Below are positions 27,100 to 40,019 of a stretch of 64,000 nt of DNA, one piece after another. Position numbers and translations under genes: made by a program. Under the pieces are notes generated by a model. That model was not told where the DNA came from. It ran no database searches and saw nothing but the letters and a program-made list of their open reading frames with translations. This DNA comes from the human T2T-CHM13v2.0 reference genome, Homo sapiens, in the NCBI RefSeq assembly GCF_009914755.1, contig NC_060932.1; one strand, given 5' to 3'. Within the stretch, counting starts at the first letter, position 1; each line of letters starts with the position of its first letter.

Positions 27100-28250
27100 G
27101 AGTTTCTTGGAGGCAACATATAGCTGGATCTTGTTATGGGTCTTTTTGAGGGGGCTTTTGTTGTTCTTGAAATCCACTCTAGTACTCTCTATCCTTTAAG
27201 TAGTGTATTTAAATCATTCATATTTAAAATGTTTATTAATATAATTTGCTTAATACCTGCTAGGTTAATAAATATTTTTCTATTCATTGTTTGTGCTCTT
27301 TTTTTATTTTTTTCTTCTTGTTTTGCCTTCTCTAGTTTTAACTGAATATTTTACATTATTTTATTTTATCTCCTCTCTTAGCATATTAGCTATACTTTCT
27401 TTAAATGTTTGCCATAGATTTCACAATAGACATTTAGAACTAATCTAATCTCACTCTCAATCTAATCTCACTCTTGAATAACAACTATTTAATGGGTAGT
27501 GCAGTTACCTTATAACAGAGTATTCCCAATTCTTCCATCCAGTCACTTATAACATTAGTGCCATTTATTTCACTTATCTATATAATGTAATCATCGAAGA
27601 CATTATTATTATTATTACTTTAAGCAGATATCTATTGAATCAATTATGAGTAAATCAAATAAAATGTTTTATTTATTCTTTGATGATTTTCTTTTCTTTA
27701 TTTAGACTGAAGTTTGAAACTATCTCCCCTTCGTTCTCCATGAAAAACTTTTATGTTCTTTTTTTTTAACATTTCTTACAGTGTATGTCTACTGGTGATG
27801 AATTTCCTCATTTATTTTTTGAGCAATTCTATTAATTCTCCTTCAATTTTGAGGATATTTATGATGGATATAAAATTCTAGTTTTCTGGGTTTTCTTTCT
27901 TATTGTCTCCCAACATTTTGCATATTTTACTCTACTCACCTCTTGCTTGCCAGTTTCAGAACAGAGTTAATGAAATTCTTAGTTTTGTCCCTCTGCAACT
28001 ATTGTTTAAGTGTTCCTGTCAGTTTATGTCTCTGGTGGCCTCTGCTTTTGGTAAACAGATCTTGGCTATACTTCACTATATTTACCTTTTTTTTAAGAGA
28101 TTTCAGGGTAGTGTTTGCCCTGTAACTTCAATTCTTTGGTGGGTCTAATAAAGCTCATTTGTTTTCAAATTGTTTAACTTATTTGTTGTTATAGAATGAG
28201 TGATAACTGTAAGTCTCTGTACACATAAGGGTGGAAACTGAAAATTATAT
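27100..28250 (-). mobile_element. Old L1M fragments
   Basis: T-rich; gtctactggtgatgaatttcctca, ttcttcaattttgaggatatt..ggatataaaattcta are antisense ORF1/inter-ORF of old L1M. Confidence 0.5.
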
Positions 28251-29454
28251 ATTGACTTTTAATATGATAATAACCTCAGAGTTATACATGGTTTCACCTT
28301 TTAATGAAGCCAATCAATGAATGAGTCCTGTTATTTTTATATTTTAATTATTTCTTATTTTCATTTATCATCTCCCCAAAATCTGGCCTGGACTTCTGTT
28401 CTCTCTACATTTACTGTTCTTTCCAGTTTATTCTCCACACTGAAACTTACTTGCTTATTGACTTTAACATACATTCCAAAATTCATAATATAACCAAGGA
28501 CAACACGAATCCTTTTTTTGTCATGTGCCTGTCTTTGCAGCCCTCCATATTCCTAACCACACCTCTAGTCACATAGCTTAGCAAAATACAGTATAGTACA
28601 CCCTAGTTATCCTAAACAGCATAAATACCTTGCTATAATTTAATTCAATACACAAACCTCTTATTTGTAATTATTAAAGATATTTTACATATGGCTTTTT
28701 AATTTTAACTTTAAAATACTTTATAACTTTTTTGTACTTTCTGATTTGTATGAACACATTCAAATATTTACAAGTTTTTAAATCTTCATGGTTTTTCTGC
28801 TTGAAATACCGTCTGTAGAATTTCCTTTAGTGGCAATCTGCTGGGAATTATCTCTATTGTTATGTTTTGTGGAAAATGCTTTTATGATTCCCTTTCTTCA
28901 TCAGCACATTTGCTAAGTCTAGAATTTTAACTTAGCAGTCATTTTTACTGAAATGGATTCAGTGTACCATCTTTCTGTCTTCTGATTTCTCTTGCTCCTT
29001 GTAAGAAATCAGCTACAATTTTACATATAAACTCATTTTTTTCTTTCCTCTTAAATTATCTGCTGTCTATTTGTATCTCTGTAATATGTTATAGATAATT
29101 TCTTCATTTCTATATTCCAGGTTATCTCTTTACTGATATCCAATTACTGTTAAAATGTTCAAGGAAGTGTTTAATTTAATGTATTGAACTTTAATATTTG
29201 TAATAGTATAGCTTGTGTTCTTATATGCTTTTTTTCATTTTTTACTAAATTTCTCACTTTCTTTGGAACTTTATTCATGATAATTTGTTAACTCTTGAGA
29301 AGATGGGACCCTCTTAAGTGAATTTACATTTGCTTTTATGAATTTCTTGGGTCTGCTAGTAGTCTGGGACCCACCTTCAACTGGGCTTGGGGATCTACAG
29401 ATTACTTAGGTAGAGAGAATTTAGGCTATGAATCCACATGAACACTCTATTGAC

Positions 29455-29550
29455 TTCCTTATTTCCTCCTTCCTTCCTCTCTCCCTCCCTTCTTTCCTTT
29501 CCTTACTTCTTTCCTACCTTCCTTCTTTCCTTGCTTTTTTTTTTTTCCTT
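29455..29550. repeat. (TTCC)n-type pyrimidine microsatellite
   Basis: ttccttcctctctccctcccttctttcctttcc... Confidence 0.8.
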
Positions 29551-30079
29551 AGGCACCAAAGTTTCAACCAGGAAAAATGTATTGTCTTTCTCTTTCTAGT
29601 GTATACTAGAAAATCTTACACATTAAGGCTACTAAGTATGTAGTCCTTTGTGGGCCTATTAGAATTCCCCATTGAGGCATGAGCTAGACCTTATTTTATT
29701 TTCTGTGCCCCAAGTCTTGCAAGGCCATAAAACTTATGCTAATATTGACTCAATTTAGTGAATACTATGATGTTTAAAGCTCATTTTTGGCTCCACATAT
29801 TACCTGTCATTTGCTTCTTTTTTAGTGTGATTATTTTTCACTTTTATTTTTCAATTTTTAATATTTATTTTTACTAAAAATATAATATGCTATATTTCAA
29901 TTTGTTTTCAATGAGGAAGCTGATCTAAGTAACAAGTCACCTATACGGTTGGCAATGGTGCACCTGAACTACTCTACAATAAATATGTTAATATTTTGCT
30001 TATACATTTGTACTTTTTTTATTTTTTGTGCAAATAAAATTGATTTAATATGGCTAATTCTTCCCATTTGTTACATTGT

Positions 30080-30290
30080 TATGTGGATTCTGGAATCAGA
30101 ATCCCTGAGTTAAAATCTTGGCCCTGCCATTAACTGTATCACTTTAGATAATGTACTTTATTTTTCTAAGCTGCAATTTCTTCATCTATAAAGTGGAGTT
30201 GACAGTAATATCTGCCTTGTAGGGTTGGTATGCAGATGAAAAGCATTTAATATATTATTTAAAAGATGAAATTCGTGCCACAGAGGAAGT
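30080..30290 (+). mobile_element. MIR
   Basis: ggattctggaatcaga..ctgagttaaaatcttggccctgcca...ctaagctgcaatttcttcatctataaagtgg...gtagggttgg is the MIR core. Confidence 0.8.
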
Positions 30291-30490
30291 TATCTTTGTT
30301 AACTATTTCTTTAATTGCTTCTAAGTTTAGGTAATTCTTTCTCCTCTAGAGGGTTAATAAATACTCAACTATTTAATGCTGCCTGTTCAGAGGAGTTTAC
30401 TCTTTGATGAATAAATATTTAATTAATTCATATTTCTATACATTTGAACACATAGAATAACATCTGAGTTTTAGTTAATTAATTAATTTA

Positions 30491-30772
<282 letters not shown>

Positions 30773-31957
30773 CTAATTTATTTCTTTATTAAACAGTCAA
30801 TGAGTTATTTTGATAGTATTTAACAAATATTTGTCCATTCCATGAGTTTCTTTCATTGATCTTACCACTGAATTATATTTTAAAAGTCCCCTTCGGTGGT
30901 TTAAAGTTTGACGCCAGATACCAGTCATTTTTTTGACTTAAATTTCAAGTGTGACTTTGAAGACAACCAACGAACTAGAATTCAAAACAGTGTTAGAATT
31001 TTAATGCTGAGATGAAAGTTGACCTTAAATTCGTTGACCTGTGGATTGATCACTAGGGCAAAATGGAAGTGAGGAGTCTTCAATTCTTAATCTTATTTCA
31101 CTTGACTGTCCATTTTCTGAGATTGGTAATGTGTTAAGCACAATTATTTGAAAAGTCATAGTGTAAGATGTAACGCCGTAGGTTCATGCAGCGTTCATTT
31201 TGAGTCATAATGAGTACAATTTTTAATCTTGTGTACTTGTTTCAGTTCTGAAGGAAGAATAGTCTCTTTCTAGCACATGGTCGATATCCTAGATTAGTAG
31301 TAATTATTAACTCCAAATCTGGATAACACTTCTAAGTTAACTGTTTTTTCCCCCCAGTTCTGATATTTTTTCTGTTAACTTCCAAGTATGACAAGAAGTT
31401 ATATAGTTAGTTATGAGGGCATTCCTTTATTCCTGAAAAGAGAGTTGAGGACTTGTTTTATTTCCACAATTGTTCCTAAGATTTTTGTCATGCCATTTTT
31501 GAAAGGCTTATAAAGACATACTTCATTTCTTTATTTTGAATATATATTTTCCATTAACTCTATCTTAAATAAATAATATTCATTTTATGTTACTTTTTTA
31601 TACAAGGCTAACTTGTATAAGGAGAAAAAATAATTCCCCAGAAAAATGATCATAGCTTCATGATAATAAAAATAAATGCTAGCTAGGTTTTAGATATGGC
31701 AATGGTGAAAAAATGTAATTGTGTAATTAAATTACTGCAATAAACCACATGTGAGAATGAAAGGTGACATGACAGCAACATGTTACATTATGTTGTAGAT
31801 GTTTGCATTGCACTTCCAATGTAAAAATCATCAAGTAAAAACAAACCATAAAAATATCCAATTTGTAGACTCTTTGTTCTCTTCTTATAATTTCTAGGGC
31901 ATTTAATTAGCCTTGGGATAGTTTAATAGGCAAATATGAATATAAGGCCCCTTTACA

Positions 31958-32068
31958 TTTCTTTTTTTTCTTTTAAAGGCAAGGTCCAGCTCTGTCACCC
32001 ACACTGGACTTCGGTGGTACAATCCTAGCTCACTGCGGCCTCGAACTTCTGGGCTCAAGTGATCCTCC
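31958..32068 (-). mobile_element. Truncated AluJ/FRAM-type right-arm fragment
   Basis: T-tract then ctctgtcaccc..ctggact..gtggtacaatcctagctcactgcggcctcgaacttctgggctcaagtgatcctcc. Confidence 0.85.
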
Positions 32069-33769
32069 AGGTAAATAAAGAACTTGGCATATAAAACAGG
32101 TTTATTGAAAGAGGAAAAGGTGAACTAATAAAAAAGAAGCATAAAGGTAAGTATTTACAGAAACTCTGTTTACATTTAGGAGTCATAATTCTTTTTATAA
32201 TTAAAACAATTTACAATCACAAAACTGAGATTAGAAGTGCTTACATATTTCACGTGTAATAAGTGTTTATTATTTATGAAGAAAAGTCTTGATATGTGTA
32301 ACATTACATTCACTCATTAGAAATTGACTATGTGTTTAAGTTTCCAAATAATACATTTTCTTTTCACAAAGTCATTTTCCTAAATGAAAATCTGAGTGCT
32401 AGCCTAGAATACAAGAGTGCATAGTTTAAAAATAAAGATAAATCATTATTGTTTAAAAATCAATTTGAAATTTCTGGGGGAAATTGAATCATTGCTGCAA
32501 TTCATATCTATCAAAAATTGCTGGTTTCTCCAGAAGGAAAAACAAAACTGACAGATTTGAAGGCGATCTCTGTATAGGAATACTCAATTACATTCTTCTG
32601 CTCACTGCGGTTAATCATATTTTAAATTGTCATTTAAAATCTTGTAATTCTGATAACCTTATGATATTTAGGCACATATAGGTTAAACATTAACATACAA
32701 GAAATATAATATTCACTGTTCTTATAAAGTACACAAATTTTATTCTTGAAAATTGTATTTGAAATTAGTAAATTTATGTTATATATTCAGTTCTTATGCT
32801 AGTTAATTTCTGTCAAAAGTTCAGGAGTTTTTGATACAATGAAAAGTTAGTATTTTAAAAATATATGTATGCTAGATATCACAGGCTATAATATTAAGAA
32901 CTGTAGTTGAATATGAATTTAGAATTTTCGTTACAACACATCACCCAGTACATTCCAGTTTTGGTCAAAGCGCATTGAAAATCTGTGACCACATTTTTTT
33001 TAAATATAGAAGATTTTGAAAGCACTTAAAGGAAAGCTAAACAAAGGGTATGTGGCTAGTGGATGTGATTTTTAAAGCGTTGTTAGAAGAACATATCATT
33101 GATTTAGACTTTGCTTGGTGTCTGGGCCATTAAGAATCATGGATTACATTCCATGGGACCTGTGTAAACTAACAGCATCTTATGGAAATGCTTTTATTCC
33201 TGTCAATATCGCATGTTAAAACTAAAATATTATTACAGGGATACTCAATCTAAAAAATGCTTAGAAAACAAAACAAGTTTGGTTATCACCTCACAATCGA
33301 CAGAGTCTACCTGTTATATTCATAGTGAGGGACAGAGTGAAGAGTCATAGGTTTCCACAACTTAAAAAATCTATTTCAAACTAGGCATTATTTACAGTCA
33401 AAGACTTAGAGACTGGTACCTGACTCTGAGATGACTGCCCTTAACATAAAAAAATAGAGTTCTCTTATCCTCTGGGAATAATACATAAATCCTACCACAT
33501 ACAGGAGGATAACACTAAGGTTTACGTTTCTTATTATGATATTGATTCAAAGTTGATAAGCAAGAATCTTTTTGAAGAGCCTGTTAGGATAGCTTTGTTC
33601 ATATGGTTTCAAACAATCCCGGTGGGAATTGTCCCTGTCAAGATACAGGGCTCTGGAAGCCAAGTCAATTACTTTATTGGAAACTCAATATAGTATGCTA
33701 TCTAATGCTGTTAGGGAGAAACACTACCTGTGGTTTTCCAGTTTTTGTGATGGTGAAAGATGAGCAAAA

Positions 33770-34385
33770 GAGGAGAGAGATAAGTCAGAATATAGCTGCA
33801 GCCATATTTCTAAATATATCCCTGCCAAGCACAGAGCAGCAGGCAAGGCCCATGCCAAGGCCTGTCAGACAGATTTAGCCAGTAAAATACGGCAAGCCCC
33901 TTTTAGATTCAAACATTTTATTACTTGGCCAGAAAAAGGAAGAACAGCAAAAGGAGACAATGCACTGAGCTCTTTGTCCCCCACACTCAAAAGTGTAAAA
34001 CTCAGACAAAAAGGGCTAGTTGACAATGCAGTGAAAGGGACACTGTGTTCTTGAGGACTCAATGCCAGAAGGTTGTTACATATGTTTATAGACTGCAGCT
34101 TTAACCTAAGGGGCACGGAGCAGAAAGCCTCTTCCCTTATCAGAACCTGGGAAATAATGAGAAACGGAGGCATGACTGCCTCCCATGTGATATAAGAAGG
34201 TGAGTAAATATGACCTCATGGCATTTTCTCATATCCTTTTATGAGAAGGCTTTTGTCTTCCAGAAAGCCCGTAAGTTGTTCCACCAAGGCTCAGATTAGC
34301 TGTGGTTCAAACTTTTGCCTACATGGCCTATATGGACACAGGCAAAGTCACCAGAATGCCATGATGCAATTGTCCCCCTATAATA
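33770..34385 (-). mobile_element. ERVL LTR, MER74/MER73-like
   Basis: Antisense reads tatagggggacaattgcatcatggcattctggtgac...gtccatataggccatgtaggcaaaagtttgaaccacagctaatctgagccttggtggaac. Confidence 0.65.
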
Positions 34386-34721
34386 CCGATGAAGTCTAAA
34401 TTTCCAATTGTATACTATGTGTCTTGAGCGTGATTTTCTTTCTCCTTTTTTTGTGATGTTTCGTTTATTCCTCACTCATCAACACACATGCATGCACATG
34501 CATTCACACACACAGATATATGAGAACAAAAAATAATAAAATTGCTTGTAAAATACTTACTAAAATTACCATGGTGCCAGTAACAATTTTTCCCAGGTAG
34601 ATGAATATATGTAACTTTACAACCCTCAAGCTTGTGAATCGGGGCAATTATAATTACATTAATATAAAGAAATTTGAAGGTCAAATCTTGCTGTCATAAT
34701 TTTCTACCTTATATACTATCT

Positions 34722-35158
34722 TTGGTTAGATTACAAAAAAAAATGGCCACAATTTTCTCCTGTCTCTATTCATTCTCATTGCAAAGGGACTTTAAGAGGT
34801 AAAATCTATGTCTTAAACCTTTTAAATGGGGTTAGTCTGATGATATAATTTTGCTAATAGAAGACACAGAAGAGATAGGGTGCCAGTTCTAGGCCAGGTT
34901 GTCAAGAGGCCTTGCATGCTTTTCTCTCTATTCCTTAGAACCTTAATACCAACATGTGTGGCCAGAGGCCATTATTACTAAATATATGTGTATGGCATCA
35001 CCCAACAGATAACCAACCTGCAGTTGCGTGAATGAGGCCTATGAGATCAAAAGAACTGCCCAGTAATCCTAGCTCCAAATAGTGAGCATGCACGTTGGCT
35101 TCTTTAAGCCAATAAGTTTTGGCCTGGTTGGTTATGTTGCAAAAAAATAACTAACACA
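34722..35158 (+). mobile_element. MLT1 (H/G-like) MaLR LTR
   Basis: aaatggccacaatt...tgccagttctaggcc..tcaagaggccttgca...tttaagccaataagtttt...gcaaaaaaataactaacaca. Confidence 0.7.
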
Positions 35159-35589
35159 AGTATGTATTCACTGGTAGTAGGAAAAGTACTCTATGAAGGG
35201 ATACCTTTTGGATATTGAAAGAGTTAAACGATGTTTGTACCTAATTATGAGAGATTTCCCAAATTTTCATGTGTGCTCAATTAAAGGTAGTTTTGTAATT
35301 TCTAAAATTTGTCATTCCAAATGAAAACCAAGTCTTAAAAATTTCTTCTTTTTTTGAATGTAGACATTTAATGTCTTCATTATTATTCTTTTAATTGCAT
35401 GAGTGTTACTCCACTACTGCAGCAATTATCGAAAGGAAAACCAGTACAGTGGTAATTTTAATAAGGCTCATACAAGGTATTTGACTATGCTTGATGACTT
35501 TAACCCTTTCAAACTGCCAGTTAAGTAATCAATTATTTTTAAAAAGTCTACTCAGTCCTTTTTTATTATACAATGAAAGTCAGTGACCT

Positions 35590-35894
35590 GGCCAACCGTG
35601 GAGGCTCATGCCTGTAATCTCAGCACTTTGGGACGCCGAGGCGGGCAGATCACCTGAGGTCAGTAGTTCGAGACCAGCCCGGCTAACATGGTGAAACCCT
35701 GTTTCTACTAAAAGTACAAAAAATTAGCTGGGCGTCGTGGTGCGTGCCTGTAATCCCAGCTATTCAGGAGGTTGAGGCAGGAGAATCGCTTGAACCCAGG
35801 AGAGAGGTTGCAGTGAGCTGAAATCGTGCCATTGCACTCCAGCTTGGGCAACAAATGTGAAACTCCATCTCAGAAAAAAAGGGGAAAAAAAGAA
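35590..35894 (+). mobile_element. AluS (Sq-like)
   Basis: cacctgaggtcag, gccattgcactccagc, gaaactcc; 15-bp TSD gaaagtcagtgacct / gaaagtcaatgacct. Confidence 0.9.
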
Positions 35895-36889
35895 GAAAGT
35901 CAATGACCTGTAAGAAGTAATTTAATGAACTGAGAAATGGATTTTAGGTGATGGTATAATAGCTTTTAAGCTTACCTTTTCATTTTAATAATAGGGTTAC
36001 ACTGGATCTTGAATCAGATAACTTTGTTGAATTTTGAATTTTATTGTTTAATAAACAATTATGATTTAATTGTTTAAGATTTTATTGTTGAAGATTTAAT
36101 TTTACTTAAAATATTAAGTAAAACTACATATTTTTCAAAAATTTAATTTAAAATATTTTTATTGATATGTAATGATTTTGAAATTTATTCATTATATGTA
36201 ATTAGCAATATTAGAATCCTTAAACAATCAACACTTTCACTTTAGCATATGTATCTCATAACAATAAAAAAGCATACATTTGAATGTTTTCAAAATGTAC
36301 AATATCTTTGGTATCACACTGACTTACGTCACTAATATGAAGATAAAATAGAAAGTGTCTAAATGTTCTAGAATTTCTGATTTAATTTGTACTACTTAAT
36401 TGTGTAAAATTAGAAATACTTTCCAGGTTTGTTTTAAAATATTTACTAAGTCTTTCAACTATAAAACCATGTCTTGCTCTCTAGCAATGGAGGGGATAAT
36501 TAAGTGGTTCTTTTTAGGCAAAAATAAATATGAAAAATAAAACATTCTAACTGAAATTAAATACCCTACTTCCCTGTCTTCTCTCTAGCTCATTCTGACT
36601 GAAGAAATTAAATCAATTCATCAGGCAAGGCAGATAGATAAGCAGAATTCTTAATCAACAAGACACTTTACTGAATTTTTAAAGATCTTGTCTCTTTCTA
36701 GCACATTTAGATTTTATGCTTTGAACTGTTATTAATTAGAGAATATGGTGCTGATTATTAGCGATTTCAGTTATCTCAGAAATGAATGACTTTCTTTCAA
36801 TTAGTATTCTAACTTAGTAAGACATTTAGTTGAGGCCTTGATTATGAATTCAATCATTTAAAACTATAAATCTTGATGCATCACAAAAC

Positions 36890-37377
36890 TTTCAAAACAT
36901 GAGATGAGTATAAGGTTTTACCATACATGCAAACTGACAAATTATCCTGCCACAATTTCCTAGATTCTGACAGAAGATACAGATGGAACTCATTGGTCAG
37001 AGATCACTCACATCATAGCAAGCAGCATGAGCTTCAAGTTTATGTTGCTTTCTCTTACCCTCCAAGTCCCTGAGGAGTGATATGAAGTGGCTCAGATACA
37101 TGTTGTATACACAGTAGGTTTATGTCACAAATGAAGAAGCCCAAGCTTAAGGAACTGATTTTTAATAATAGGTGCAAGCAAAATGCTTCAAAAGGTATAA
37201 TTTTTTGAAAGAATACTGGAGAATGAACAAATATGCCTTCTGCTTCAGGAGAAGATACTACCTGTACCTTTCAAAGTACTTCACTATGTAAGCAATAACA
37301 GTTTAGAATAGAAACTATCAGTGCTTCTGCTTACAAAACATACAATACAAAACTGTATAGAAAATTGTCTCCCAACA
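36890..37377 (-). mobile_element. ERVL LTR, LTR47/MER70-like
   Basis: Antisense starts tgttgggagacaatttt; contains gcaagcagcatgagc, ccctccaagtccc and cctgccacaatttc. Confidence 0.6.
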
Positions 37378-37599
37378 AAACTGTGGTATCTGAATAGAAA
37401 AAATAATAGGTCAATACTGTTGATAAAACAATGATATTTAATTTAAGCTATAGTATAAATTTGAAAGTATATATTAATAAGTTGAGTCAAAGAATTTAGA
37501 TATTTAATTGGCCTTGGTTTGGTTCTAGATATTCATGTTTAATTAACTTAAGCTCTAGTAGTAACAGCCAATATATTATATCAATGTTTTATTTAGTAT

Positions 37600-37775
37600 T
37601 GATAGCAACAGGAGGCAGGCAAATTCCTAGGCAGACAGGGATAGGTCACCAGTCAAACTTGACCTTCAAGCCAAGAACAGTCTAAAGCATGAAAACTAAG
37701 CTACCAGTTCCAGATAAAATCCTTGGACCAGAGTGAGAACTCCCATTCCCATTTGGCGTGCTTTCTCCCAATTGC
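37600..37775 (+). mobile_element. ERV1 LTR 5' fragment, MER61-like
   Basis: tgatagcaacaggaggcaggcaaattcctaggcagacaggg...ccttcaagccaag...ccagagtgagaact. Confidence 0.65.
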
Positions 37776-37779
37776 TCAA

Positions 37780-38893
37780 AAGTCAGAAGTCAAAAATTAA
37801 GGTTTTGGAACCTCTGCCTAGATTTCAGAGGATGTATGGAAATGTCTGGCTGTCTAGGCCCAAGTTTGCTCCAGGGGTGGAGCGCTAATGGAGAACCTCT
37901 GCTAGCACAGTGAGGAAGAGAAATGTGGGATTGAAACCCCAACACAAAGTCCCCAATGGAGCACTGCCTAGTGGAGCTATGAGAAGAGGGTCACCATCCT
38001 CCAGATCCCAGAATGGTAGATCCACTGACAGCTTGTACCATGCACCTGGAAAAGCCACAGACACTCAATTCCAGCTTGTGAAAACAGCCGGGAGTGGGGC
38101 TGTACAGTGCAAAGCCACAGAGTCAGAGCAGCCCAAGGCCATGGGAGCCCACCTCTTGCATCAGGATGACTTGGATGTGAGACATGGAGTCAAAGGAGAT
38201 TGTTTTTGAGCTTTAAGATTTAATGACTTCCCTATTGAATTTTGGACTTGCATGGGGCCTGTAGCCCCTTTATTTTGGCCAATTTCTCCTATTTGGAGTG
38301 AAAGCATTTATCCAACGCCTGTACCTCCATTGTGTCCTGGAAGTACCTAACTTGCTTTTGATTTTACAGGCTCCTAGGCAGAAGGCACTTGCCTTGTCTT
38401 AGATGAGACTTTGGTCTTGGACTTTTGAGTTAATGACGAAATGAGTTAAGACTTTGGGAGACTGTTGGGAAGGCATGATCAGTTTTGAAATGTGAGGACA
38501 TGAGATTTGGGAGGGGCCAGGGGTAGAATGATATGGTGAGGCTTTGCATCCCCACCCAAATCTCATCTTGAATTGTAATCCCCAAGTGTTTAGGGGGAGA
38601 CCTGGTAAGCAGTGATTGAATTAAGTGGGCAGTTTCCTCCATTTTGTTTTCATGATAGTGTGTGAGTTCTCATGAGATCTGATAGTTTTATAAGGCAGTT
38701 TTCCCTGCTGTTGCTTGCTCTCACTCACCTGCCACCATGTAAGACATGCCTCTTCCCTATCCGCCATGATTGTAAGTTTCCTGAGGCTTCCCCAGACATA
38801 TGGAATTGTGAGTCAATTAAACCTCTTTTTTTAATAAATAAATTACCCAGTCTCAGGTATGTCTTTATAGCAGTTTGAAAATGGAGTAATACA
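37780..38893 (+). mobile_element. THE1 internal 3' part, polypurine tract and 3' LTR (THE1C/D-like)
   Basis: ggaacctctgcctagatttcagaggatgtatggaaatg is THE1-int; PPT gggaggggccaggggtagaa at 38509-38528; LTR tgatatgg...taataca at 38529-38893. Confidence 0.92.
38613..38623 (-). promoter_or_regulatory. Consensus DUX4 motif (TAATTCAATCA) inside THE1 LTR
   Basis: Plus strand tgattgaatta is the reverse complement of TAATTCAATCA, fitting TAAYYYAATCA; motif match only, occupancy unknown. Confidence 0.45.
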
Positions 38894-39314
38894 GTCCCAC
38901 AGGAAGAGACATCAAGAACTTTAAGTGTTCTCAGATTTTACTTCACATACAAGCTTGCCTGTCCTCTGTTTTGCAGAGAGACAGTATCTCTATCTTCTAA
39001 GCCTCCAACATATAAACATTCTTGAGACACTTTCAAAACGACAGTTAGTTCCTCACTTGAAAGACATGTAGAAATATGAGATAAGGGTTGGTTATAAATA
39101 TAAAACAGAGAAAAAACGAAAACATTAAAGACACTTGGCATAAGTGGAAAGAGGTTCCCAGAGCAGAAGCTATCTTTTCACAGTAACTTGAAGGCTTATA
39201 CAGACTTTTTTAATCACCTTATGAAAAGGCAGAAAATGGTGAGTGTATAGAAAAGCAGTGTTTATATGTAGGATTTTAAAAAAAAATTTTCATAGGTTTT
39301 TGTTGCTTTTTAAA

Positions 39315-40019
39315 ATATTACCTAAAGCATAAAGCCCTATATAGGTAATGTGATTGTTTATTTTGTTTTCTACTTTATCTGTATAACTTATGACATAAGC
39401 AGGCAATAAACAAACATAATCTGAATAAATGAATGAGGGCCATCTTTAAACCTTTCATTGTATGTCTATGAAACAATAATTTATTTATGTGCTATAAGCC
39501 ATTAAATTGGTGGAGAATGACATTCATTTCTCTGGCAGGAGAATATTCTGACTAACCTATTTTCTTCCCATTTCCTCTGAGTTTTATAATTATATAGAAA
39601 TATCTGATAAAATCTGAGGTTTAGTGAGGCCTTGATATATAATATATAAATGTAATATTTTATAATTCCTCTGTTAAAATAGTCTTCTTATATCTTATTT
39701 AATTAGGGGTTACAAGACAGAGAGGTAGGTAGTTGCCTGCATATTAAAGTAAAAGTTAAAAATTTTTGAGTACTGTAAAGGAACATATCAATTAAAGAGC
39801 AGTCTTCAAATTATTAACCTGAAATACTAATGATAGAGTATATGTGAAACAAAGGTGATATCCAAGTTATGTAAATAACCTCCCTAAGATAAATAGGCCA
39901 TATTACCTAAGGCATAAAGCCCTATATAAGTAATGTGATCGTTTATTTTATTTTCTACTTTATCTGTATAACTTATGACATAAGTAGGCAATAAAGAAAC
40001 ATAATCTGAATAAATGAAT
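39315..40019 (+). repeat. 120-bp dispersed direct repeat (39315-39434 and 39900-40019)
   Basis: atattacctaa(a/g)gcataaagccctatata...ctgaataaatgaat occurs twice with 6 substitutions and no indels; 465-bp spacer. Confidence 0.95.

Noticed and set aside
39315-40019. Miniature LTR retrotransposon (TRIM-like) reading of the 120-bp repeats
   Set aside because: No TG...CA termini, primer-binding site, polypurine tract or flanking TSD
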